Source: a virus. From it: a stretch of DNA of 64,000 nucleotides. Position 1 is the first letter of the stretch. Every line of letters begins with the position of its first letter. The notes under the pieces were generated by a model. That model was not told the origin of the DNA, did not search any database, and saw only the letters and a program-made list of their open reading frames with translations. Location of the stretch: the IMG/VR virus record IMGVR_UViG_3300027733_000001. One strand, 5' to 3'. The position numbers and the translations under genes are program-made. Of this stretch, positions 51,778 through 60,800 are shown piece after piece.

Positions 51778-52650
51778 TTACATTGACGGGTCACACGTGT
51801 TCTTGATCACGCCCGGGATTGCGACAAGGCGCTCCAAGAGCAACGGTGCTTTCGCAGCCATCGCTCTACCTGTCTCTCCCTCGTAAAACGCCGTGATCTC
51901 CGCAATTTCCAGCGGTGTGTAGATCTCATGCGCTTCCATGATCAATTCCCACGTTTTGAGTTTAACTTGCTCAGGCAGCATGCTGAGCATCGGCTTCAGC
52001 ATATCCATCATCCCTGTCGCCTCCATCAGCTTTGTTACGGCAGAGGCTGAGGCTTTTCCAGTTGCAGGGGCCAGAGCAGGAGCAATGATCACCTTATCCT
52101 TCCACTCGTCCCATGACGCCCTGATCATCTCCAACTTCTCCTCAGCAGTCTTATTTTCAGCCACCAGCGTACCTCCACTACCACCAAACAGGTTGTAGAG
52201 TAAGCCGTCTAGCGCCTGAGGCTGATTAGGATCACTTAACGCCCTGAACGTGACAATCTCCCACTCTGCCTCCGTAGAAGCATCCTGCTTGAGCTTTTCA
52301 TGGGTGTACAGGATCACATCTGCAGCCACCACCGGGTCAGGTGTCAACGAATGGTGCCCCCGGATGTTTTTCCTAGGATCTTCCTGAACCCCTTTCCGGG
52401 GCTCAAAAGAAGCCACCAAGGTTTCGCCTCCTTTCAGTGTTACCAGCTCTCCTTTGACCAAAGCAGGGTTGATTGGGACAATCAATATTCCCGGCTCTTT
52501 GCTCACCCCCTTTTCCCAGTTAGACTGCACTTCGGTCAGGAGGTCGCTCCATGTGCAGTTCAATGCATGTTCACGTTTTTTAGCGTAGTTGTTAATCTCG
52601 ATCATGTTTGTGGTTGTGGTGGTTGTTGTGGTTGCCGTCTTCATGTTCAT
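51778..52650 (-). CDS. DUF3228-like domain fused to DUF2059-like domain
   Basis: ADVILYTHE...EWEIV...LYNLFGGSGG...SWDEW; C-terminal YTPLEIAEITAFYEGETGRAMAAKAP. Confidence 0.55.
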   Translation of the reverse strand: MNMKTATTTTTTTTNMIEINNYAKKREHALNCTWSDLLTEVQSNWEKGVSKEPGILIVPINPALVKGELVTLKGGETLVASFEPRKGVQEDPRKNIRGHHSLTPDPVVAADVILYTHEKLKQDASTEAEWEIVTFRALSDPNQPQALDGLLYNLFGGSGGTLVAENKTAEEKLEMIRASWDEWKDKVIIAPALAPATGKASASAVTKLMEATGMMDMLKPMLSMLPEQVKLKTWELIMEAHEIYTPLEIAEITAFYEGETGRAMAAKAPLLLERLVAIPGVIKNTCDPSM

Positions 52651-52749
52651 GTTATTGCTTGGTTGGTTAACAGCTAATTAGCTAGCCAAATTATTATCCC
52701 ATTTTTCGACTGGTTATTGGGGGAGGGGAGGGGTATCATTCTTTTAGAT

Positions 52750-53448
52750 ATGCCGAAGCCGAAGCCTCTGTTTTTAATATATGCAGAGCACCCGATGTGT
52801 AGCATAGACTGCGTGGACGGTGTTCGCGATGTGCTCGAAAGCTCGAGAGAATACTCTGCTTTGCTGGTAGGTCCTCATAGCTTCCCGTACATGGAACTTA
52901 CGGAAGATATACTTGCTGAAACAGCGTGTTTGGTAATTCCAGGAGGACTAGGAGATTCAGACCAATACGACACTTCGGAATTGAGACCTCACGCAGCACT
53001 AATAAAAAGCTATGTAGCTTCAGGCGGCAGGTATCTGGGTATATGTATGGGAAGCTATCTAGCGGGATATCACTACCTGGATATTCTCAAGAAGAACACT
53101 AGAGCGGTGCAATACGTTCAACGTAAAGGTCGCACAATAAACCACGAGAAACCTGATGTGGTTGAATTGATGTGGGGAGATAATATAGAACCGATGTATT
53201 TTTTTGATGGGGCTACCTTTGTACCCAGAAAAGGCTACGCATCTATCTCTGGAGATATTGTTGCCCGCTATCTTAATGGAGATCCTGCAGCCGTAATTCA
53301 AGCCTACAAGAAAGGAAAGGTAGGTGTGATTGGGCCCCACCCAGAAGCACACAAATGGTGGTTCTATATAGAGAAAAACATACGTGACAGATGGCAAGAT
53401 TGCGTAAAACACCATCTTCTACTAGACTTCGTAGAAAAGCTGCTGTAG
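52750..53448 (+). CDS. Class I glutamine amidotransferase-like protein (BPL_N family)
   Basis: LVIPGG, GGRYLGICMGSYLA, GPHPE; start revised to ATG 52750. Confidence 0.8.
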   Translation: MPKPKPLFLIYAEHPMCSIDCVDGVRDVLESSREYSALLVGPHSFPYMELTEDILAETACLVIPGGLGDSDQYDTSELRPHAALIKSYVASGGRYLGICMGSYLAGYHYLDILKKNTRAVQYVQRKGRTINHEKPDVVELMWGDNIEPMYFFDGATFVPRKGYASISGDIVARYLNGDPAAVIQAYKKGKVGVIGPHPEAHKWWFYIEKNIRDRWQDCVKHHLLLDFVEKLL

Positions 53449-53457
53449 TTTGTATGC

Positions 53458-54033
53458 ATGAGTATTGCAACAAAAACAGGAGACAAAGGAACAACTGGAA
53501 TGTTGTTCGGCGCAAGAGTAAGTAAGTGCGATCAACGCATTGCAGCTGTGGGAGATATCGATGAATTGAACGCGGCTATAGGTTTAGCTAAACGTCAATT
53601 ATCTGGTAATGAAAACTATACCTGGACCTGGGCACTTGACCGTCTCAATAAGATACAACGGCAACTGACCTGGCTTATGGGTGAAGTAGCTACTGAGCCG
53701 GATAAGCGTGCAGAGTATGTGAACAAATATCCTTATGTAAATCTAGCTCATCTAGAAGAAATGGAGGATGCTCTGCACAATTACGAAAATAGTACTAACA
53801 CTAAACAGACAGACTGGGTTATGTATGGTAACAGCGATATTGGTGCCTCGCTCGACTACGCTTCTAAAGTTTGCAGAAGAGCCGAAAGAACTTTTCTTGC
53901 AGCCAAAGAAGCAGAACAGCTAGAGTCGGTCGATTGTCAGTATAGACCTTTGCTCACAATGTACTTGAACAGGTTGAGTGATTTGCTATATGTAATGGCT
54001 AGGTATTTTGATTTCGTTGTAACAACCAACTAG
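53458..54033 (+). CDS. pduO: ATP:cob(I)alamin adenosyltransferase, PduO type
   Basis: IATKTGDKGTT, RVSK...GDIDELNAAIG, VCRRAER, YLNRLSDLLYVMARY. Confidence 0.92.
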   Translation: MSIATKTGDKGTTGMLFGARVSKCDQRIAAVGDIDELNAAIGLAKRQLSGNENYTWTWALDRLNKIQRQLTWLMGEVATEPDKRAEYVNKYPYVNLAHLEEMEDALHNYENSTNTKQTDWVMYGNSDIGASLDYASKVCRRAERTFLAAKEAEQLESVDCQYRPLLTMYLNRLSDLLYVMARYFDFVVTTN

Positions 54034-54039
54034 TAAAAT

Positions 54040-54411
54040 ATGCATTCAACAAACAACAAAAAACAAACAGTAGCCAGGCAGTTGCAGCACTTTAAAGAAA
54101 GTCTCAACACCATCAAAAAGTTCCTTCAGAAAAAAGACGTACAGCAAGAAGGATGCTGCGAATGCGGCAGTCCTGCATGTATCTGGAGCAAATACGATCA
54201 GTATGTTAACGAAGATGTGCGATCTGAAAATAGCCCTATTTCTGAAGTAAGCAACGTTATGTTTACAGCGGGAGCCACTGTCGAAGACGCGGAGGTTTTT
54301 GTCAATAACACTAAAATTACAGGAGTAACTAAAGCCGCCCTAGAGTACGATCCTGAATTTGGGCTTCCTGTGCTCAAACTCGAGATTGTGTCACCACAAG
54401 TTCGCCTCTAG
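54040..54411 (+). CDS. Hypothetical protein
   Basis: 123 aa with CCECGSPAC. Confidence 0.55.
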   Translation: MHSTNNKKQTVARQLQHFKESLNTIKKFLQKKDVQQEGCCECGSPACIWSKYDQYVNEDVRSENSPISEVSNVMFTAGATVEDAEVFVNNTKITGVTKAALEYDPEFGLPVLKLEIVSPQVRL

Positions 54412-54432
54412 TTAAAGCATTCCTCCCAACCC

Positions 54433-54471
54433 AACCAGCCCATAGTCCTAGTGATTATGGGCTGGTTTTTT
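54433..54471 (+). terminator. Intrinsic terminator
   Basis: AACCAGCCCATAG...TTATGGGCTGGTT-TTTT. Confidence 0.8.
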
Positions 54472-54497
54472 GTTGCCGTATATAGTATTATAGTTTA

Positions 54498-55679
54498 ATG
54501 ATATTTACAATACTCGTAGCATTTTCAGCGTTATTTGTTGCAGGTTGCGCAGCTTTTTTCAGTATTAAGGGCCTAATCGTCCTTTTTTCGGGCAGTGCGC
54601 TAGCGATAGGTATAATGGCCAGCTCGCTTGAGATAGGGAAGCTTGTGGCTGCGTCCTTTCTACACACCCACTGGCACAGAATTAACTATCTGTTAAAAAC
54701 ATATCTGTGTGTGGCTGTATTTGTGTTGATGTGTATTACCAGTCTAGGAATATTTGGGTTTTTGACCGGGGCCTACCAAGTACACTCAGCAAAAGTCGGA
54801 ACTTTTGATACTCAGATCGCAGCTCTGGCTAGTGAAAAAGCTACCATAGAGGCTGAGATTCTCGAATACGCTAATCGTGTCAAAACACTGACAGATTTAC
54901 GCACAACTCAAGAAGAACGACTGCAAGCTGCAGGTAATCTCAAGGCTCCTAGAGAGCAGGCCTATAAAGCTATTGCTGAAGCCAACCAGGAAATTCAGAA
55001 AAAAGAAGCTGAGATGTCTCAAGGAAGACAGCGCAGCATAGCTATTGAAAAAGAGCTCTCAACTCTCAAGATTTCATTAAACACTACAACAGATATAGGG
55101 TCGTTTAAGTTTATTGCTGATGCTTTACACACCTCAGTAGATACGGCAGTGCAATATTTCATATTCCTGCTTATATTTGTATTTGATCCATTGGCAGTTA
55201 CACTCGTCCTTGCATGGAATAACCTAGTGGAATACAGAAAAGTACTAAAGAGACAGGAAGAAGAGGAATACCTGGCAAATCTACGGAATGTTTCGGTCAG
55301 TGCAGTGATAGACTCTGTTGCACCTGCTTCTGTGTCGGCCCCCATAGTTGTTGCCAGTTCAGCTCCTGTGTCTCCAGCAGTAGAATTGGCTGATATGGCT
55401 GTACAAAAAGACGTCCATGTACATGTATTGGCGCAAGATGAAGTTGAGTCAGCTGCCGTAAAAATTGAAGAGGTTTTAACTTTACCTAGCATTGCACCAG
55501 CCTCTATCGAACCCGCAATAGAGGTTGCGCAACCTATATCAGCTACAGCGCCTGTAGTATTTGCTACAGATTTTGAAAACGACCCGAATTTCTTAAAGCT
55601 CACTGAAGAGCAAAAGAATATTGAACGTGCCCGCAGACGAGTCAAAACAGGCAACAACGACTCGGTAGTTACTGCTTAG
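54498..55679 (+). CDS. Phage membrane protein (multi-TM, coiled coil, TM, disordered tail)
   Basis: N-terminal TMs (ALFVAGCAAFFSIKGL, LEIGKLV, LMCITSLGIFGFL), long coiled coil, FIFLLIFVFDPLAV. Confidence 0.75.
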   Translation: MIFTILVAFSALFVAGCAAFFSIKGLIVLFSGSALAIGIMASSLEIGKLVAASFLHTHWHRINYLLKTYLCVAVFVLMCITSLGIFGFLTGAYQVHSAKVGTFDTQIAALASEKATIEAEILEYANRVKTLTDLRTTQEERLQAAGNLKAPREQAYKAIAEANQEIQKKEAEMSQGRQRSIAIEKELSTLKISLNTTTDIGSFKFIADALHTSVDTAVQYFIFLLIFVFDPLAVTLVLAWNNLVEYRKVLKRQEEEEYLANLRNVSVSAVIDSVAPASVSAPIVVASSAPVSPAVELADMAVQKDVHVHVLAQDEVESAAVKIEEVLTLPSIAPASIEPAIEVAQPISATAPVVFATDFENDPNFLKLTEEQKNIERARRRVKTGNNDSVVTA

Positions 55680-56424
55680 CTGCTGGATGCAACATATTAG
55701 CGTTGTCGTCGAACGTTTTGACAATGAACTTACATAGTTCAGACCTCATAATGTCGTCGTTATTGAACGCTAGGCTGTAGATACCAAATGCTGCTGCTGC
55801 GTCGGTATTAAACATGTGTGAGATCTTCTCAAACCCTCCCTGTTTGGCTTTAGGTAGATCAGACTGAGCATTATCTGCACACAAGATCATTTTAGTAAAC
55901 TTCCCTATACGAGTAAGCAGCGTTTGAATTTCATTGATTGTCAAATTCTGTGCTTCATCCACACAAATGAACCTAGCAGTCCAGCTCGCTCCTCGACAGA
56001 AATTGACAGGCTGGTACGTTACTCTATTTTCGCCCTTGAGTCGCTTTACTTCGCCTACAGGCAGCAGTTCTTCAAGCTTATCCTCAAACGGTCCCATATA
56101 GGGTTCGTACTTTCCCGCAATGTCGCCAGGCAAATAACCGAGCTTAGAGTCCGCAGACTCTACAGCTGCTCTTACGAATACAAGATCGGAGACTTTCTTC
56201 TTATTTAGCAACTCTAGACCTATACGTACAGCTGTGAGTGTTTTACTACTCCCTGCAGGACCAGACAGAAAAATTATACGACTGTCTTTGTTTGCCCCCA
56301 GATCAATCAAGACCTGCTGCTTTTCGGTCCATGGCAGCTCTCGGATATGTAAATCAAAGTCTATTTTTTCCCTCTGATATACTTTAGGACTGTTATCTGG
56401 TTTTGGTGTTTTAGGTTTAGGCAT
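55669..56424 (-). CDS. phoH: PhoH-like ATPase
   Basis: GPAGSSKT, LGYLPG, RGASW, VDEAQNLT, LLTRIG, RSEL; TATAAT 6 nt before ATG. Confidence 0.9.
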   Translation of the reverse strand: MPKPKTPKPDNSPKVYQREKIDFDLHIRELPWTEKQQVLIDLGANKDSRIIFLSGPAGSSKTLTAVRIGLELLNKKKVSDLVFVRAAVESADSKLGYLPGDIAGKYEPYMGPFEDKLEELLPVGEVKRLKGENRVTYQPVNFCRGASWTARFICVDEAQNLTINEIQTLLTRIGKFTKMILCADNAQSDLPKAKQGGFEKISHMFNTDAAAAFGIYSLAFNNDDIMRSELCKFIVKTFDDNANMLHPAAKQ

Positions 56425-56462
56425 AAGTTGATTATATGGTATCTTTGCTTTGTCTGATAGTT

Positions 56463-56495
56463 AAAAAAAGGCCTGAGAACCGAAGTTCCCAGACC
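56463..56495 (-). terminator. Intrinsic terminator
   Basis: GGTCTGGGAAC-TTCG-GTTCTCAGGCC-T7. Confidence 0.85.
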
Positions 56496-56502
56496 CATAT
56501 GA

Positions 56503-56751
56503 TTATTTTTTCTTGCTAGGGTGACCTGCTAGATGTTTACCCAACTCTATTCGCAGATCCTCTAAATCGTCCTGAACATGCATCAGTTCTGTGCATGTAT
56601 TTTCAAGTTGTGTTAGTCTTGTTTGTAGTTCTGTGAGGTCTTTTAATCTTACGTTTACTTGTACAGATTTGAAGGATCCTATTGCTCCTGCCGTCAAAAC
56701 AATAATTAAAACAATATTATCAAGAATCTGTTGTTTGACTTTTTGTAACAT
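56503..56751 (-). CDS. Small single-TM coiled-coil protein
   Basis: IVLIIVLTAGAIG then heptads. Confidence 0.6.
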   Translation of the reverse strand: MLQKVKQQILDNIVLIIVLTAGAIGSFKSVQVNVRLKDLTELQTRLTQLENTCTELMHVQDDLEDLRIELGKHLAGHPSKKK

Positions 56752-57181
56752 ATTTTGTGTATTTACGGCTTAGATTTTCAGCCAGTATAATGTTCACGTA
56801 CATGCCTGCTTTTTGTAGAGCCTGTTTAATTTTGTATGGTCTCCGGAAATTACTTCCGTCGTCTAGATACTCACTTTTAAACTCTAGGTCATATAGAGCA
56901 AAAATCTCTAGCCATACTTTTCTACGGTTATAGAACTCTTGCACAGCCGCCATACACCCCCACAGATAGAAGTCTCTACCTGTGCTTTGATATATCCACA
57001 TAGCTATCCCGAATATTACTTGCTGCAGCTCCAGATATGCTTCAGCTAGTGCTAACCTACTCAAGGCTTCAAGCACCTCAAATATTTCTTTCACACAATG
57101 CTTTACGTAATAATCTGCAGTATGCTCTTTTCCGCCAAGAATATCCCTGTACACAGTGGAAGCTCTGCGAGAAGGAATCAT
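56720..57181 (-). CDS. Hypothetical protein, weak MazG-like pattern
   Basis: KEIFEVLEA...EAYLELQQV loosely resembles all-alpha NTP pyrophosphatases. Confidence 0.35.
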   Translation of the reverse strand: MIPSRRASTVYRDILGGKEHTADYYVKHCVKEIFEVLEALSRLALAEAYLELQQVIFGIAMWIYQSTGRDFYLWGCMAAVQEFYNRRKVWLEIFALYDLEFKSEYLDDGSNFRRPYKIKQALQKAGMYVNIILAENLSRKYTKYVTKSQTTDS

Positions 57182-57825
57182 TTGATTAGTTTGTGTGCTG
57201 CAGGACCCATATAGTCTGGTCCATGCATCGACGTATGTTCTAGAGTTATCACTGGGTCAGATCCGAACGTAGATTTATAGCTACCTGGATGTATATCGTG
57301 ATCAGTAAGCTCTAGATAATGCTGCCCGTCGTGTTTGCCTAGGTATCTAAAAGCACTGGGATTTACTTTGGCTCCAATCTCCTCATGCAGCTCTCTGGTA
57401 GCTGCCTCGATAGGTGTTTCGCCTTTTTCGATTCCTCCCCCGATATGTCTAACCTTACCAATATTAGTAGGCCATTGAGGATTGTTCAATCTTTCAAGAA
57501 GATATTGCCCTTTATAAGGCAATACAACTCTAACTCGTTCCTGAGCTGCTGTTTTACTACTCATACGTTTTTCAACATCGATAGGTATTAGCATCTTGGG
57601 GGCATGTATTTTAAACCCGCTAGGTTTGTGTGTAAGCCCTACATACTTACCATCAGCTGCAGTGCTGTCCACCTTGAACTGTTGCGGATATTTTTGCATG
57701 AGGCTAGCTAAAATCTCATGCTTACCTCCATAATCGTTTTTATCGGAAAGCTCCTTGGCCTCGATAAGCTTTTTTAATGCATATGACTTAGCCAGCTTTA
57801 CTAGGTTTAGTGGGAACACTAGCAT
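57178..57825 (-). CDS. Nudix hydrolase with N-terminal extra domain
   Basis: Nudix box GGIEKGETPIEAATRELHEEIG; domains joined at SKTAA. Confidence 0.85.
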   Translation of the reverse strand: MLVFPLNLVKLAKSYALKKLIEAKELSDKNDYGGKHEILASLMQKYPQQFKVDSTAADGKYVGLTHKPSGFKIHAPKMLIPIDVEKRMSSKTAAQERVRVVLPYKGQYLLERLNNPQWPTNIGKVRHIGGGIEKGETPIEAATRELHEEIGAKVNPSAFRYLGKHDGQHYLELTDHDIHPGSYKSTFGSDPVITLEHTSMHGPDYMGPAAHKLIK

Positions 57826-57890
57826 AAGTATTTTACATTACCGTAAGATTATACCAATTTATAGTTATAATGTTCTGGAGCGTATGGAGC

Positions 57891-60800
57891 CTATCCTCCA
57901 CAAGCTGCAACAGCTTCTTCCTGGCTAGAATAAAATGTGCCGCCGCACGCCCACAGCGAACCATACGTTCCACCGGTCCAAGGATTCTGATTTACTCCGG
58001 AGTTATTATTTGCCCAAGTCGAAGATGCTGAATCATATGCAAGTCCCTCTGAACCATACCAACCTGTATTACCTATAGCCCACTGTTCTGTATATGTCCC
58101 ACCATAAGGATTTTTCTCAATTGTGTAGCCATTTTTACCGGCTAACCAGTCACTTGCCGCGTTGTCCCTGGCCTCCAATTCAGAACCCATCCAGTTGTTG
58201 TTGTAAGCCCACTGACTAGCGTGAATGCCGTAGGACGAAGGAAACTGGCGTACTCCACCCATAGCATCATTTATCCAACTGTTTGCGTAAGCGTCAGCGG
58301 CATCGTTTGCTGTGTCGTACCAGCCATTATTGAACCAGACCCATTTATTGTTGTAGCTTCCTCCACCTATCCATTGATTGATGCCTAGATTAGTATCTTT
58401 CCAAACGCTTGCCAAACCATCATCGCGATAGTTATTCGCATCAGTTTCATTCTCGAACCAGCCTTGATTAGAGTACGCCCACTTTCCGTTATGTGTACCT
58501 GCTCCAGAATATTGATGCACACCTGTATTTGCAGCTAGCCAGTAAGCTTCGTTTGCTTCTTCTTCGGTGCTATACCATCCATGATTGTTCCATGCCCACT
58601 GCGAACCGTATGTACCCCCGGTCCAAGGGTTCTGATGTACTCCTGTATTACTGGTTAACCAGGCCGAAGATGCTGCATCATAAGCCAGTCCCTCGTAATA
58701 ATACCATCCATGATTGTTCCATGCCCAACCATTCGCACCTGCGTAAGCAACACTTCCTGCCCAAGGGGTTTGCGCTACACCTGAATTTGTAGTTAGCCAC
58801 GCTGCAGATGCAGCATTTCTAGCAGCATCTTCAGAATCATACCAGCCGTGAGTATCCCAAGCCCATTTATCTCCATATATTCCTCCTCCAGTAAATTGAT
58901 GTATACCTGTATTAGCATCTAAAAAAGCCGTAGCTCCTGCGCTAGCTGCTTCTGTAGCTGCAGCTTGAGAAGCATACCAACCATTATCATTATAGGCCCA
59001 CTTATTGTTGTTGGTTCCTCCTCCAGTAAATTGATTTATCCCTGTGTTTGCTGCTAGCCAAGCCACAGAATACGCATCCTGTGCATCCGTTAAGCTATTA
59101 TACCAATCGTGATTGTAAGCATACTGGTTGTTGTGAGTTCCTCCTCCAGTCCACTCATGCACACCTGTATTAGCGGCTAACCATGCCGCAGCATTGGCGT
59201 CGTTCCAAGAATTATACCAATCATGCATATATCCCCATTTAGTATAATAGGTCCCATTGCCCAAAAATTGATTGACACCGTTATTGCTTCCTATCCAGGC
59301 GTCAGCATAAGCGTCTTGTGCCGCTCCTTGACTATCGTACCAAGACTGATTAAAGGCCCATTGGTTTTGGTGCGTTCCACTTCCAGTAAATTTATTGACT
59401 CCTGTATTTGCCGCTAACCAAGAAGCTGCGGCAGCTTCTTGGTTAATGTCCCTGTCGTATACAGCATCCCACATATAGCCAAACCATCCATGATTATCCC
59501 AAGCCCATTTCTCGCTATTTGTTCCCCCACCATGCCATTGGTTAACACCTACATTAGCAGCCAGCCACAACCCAGCGTGATAATCATTATAAGCCAATAA
59601 TGTATCGGCTTGCTCTGCAAACCATCCATGATTATCCCATGCCCATTTATTGTTATTGGTTCCGCCGTAAGGATTCTGATGTACTCCTGTATTAGTGGTT
59701 AGCCATGCCTCAGATGCGGCATCTCTAGCCTCTAACTCTGAGATATATGCTATACTGTTGTAGGCCCATGTAGCATTATAGCCCATATCATTATTCGGAT
59801 CGTAAGGAAAATGGTTAAGTCCCACATTATACTGTGTCCAATTACTATAGGCATCGGCCACCGCCATGGCAGCAGCCTGAAACCAGCCGTGAGTGCCCCA
59901 GGCCCATTCTTGACTGTGACTTCCTCCTCCCGTCCATTGATTTACGCCCACATTTGCATTTAACCAGCTATCCTGGGCAAAATTATTTGCTTCTTCCGCA
60001 CTATTATACCAACCATAATTATCGTATGCCCATTTATTGTTGTAGTCTCCTCCCCCAGTCCATTGGTTTGTGCCGGTATTAATTGCACGCCATGCCTCAG
60101 CTGCGGCGGTCCCTTGAGAGTTATACCACCCATGGGTATCCCAAGCCCACAGACCAGCATATGATCCCCCTTGCCAAGGGTTCTGATTTACTCCACTGTT
60201 TTGAGATAACCATGAATTTGAATAATCTGAAGCTGAATTATTGGCATTAGCTTCGCTATCATACCAACCTGTATTACCTATAGCCCACTGATTGTTGTAG
60301 TTTCCTCCACCTGTCCACTGATGTACTCCTGTATTTACATTATATAGCCAGTCGAGTGCAGCTGCATCCGCAGCGAAATTATACGAATTGTAGAAATTTG
60401 AATTAAACGCCCACTTATTATTGTCTGGACCTCCACCCGTCCATTGATTTAACCCTACATTCGACATAAGCCAAAGGGCAGGAACGCCATTATTTGGGTC
60501 GTTCTCAGGAGAATACCATTCATTGTTATACGCCCATCTATTAGCGTATATCCCTACAGAATAAATATTTTTGTGTACTCCTGTATTGCTGGCAAGCCAA
60601 GAGAGTGATGCGTAGTCATATGCATTTGACTCAGAAGCCGTCCACGTATTGTTGTAGGCCCACTGCCCGTTATGTGTACCTGCTCCAGAATATTGATGCA
60701 CGCCTGTATTTGCAGCTAGCCATTCGGCAGCATTAGCTTCTGCATCAGAAGACATCCAGGCATTATTATAAGCATACTGGTTGTTGTGTGTTCCTCCTCC

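Noticed and set aside
52719-52731. G-quadruplex (GGGGAGGGGAGGG)
   Set aside because: Only three G runs
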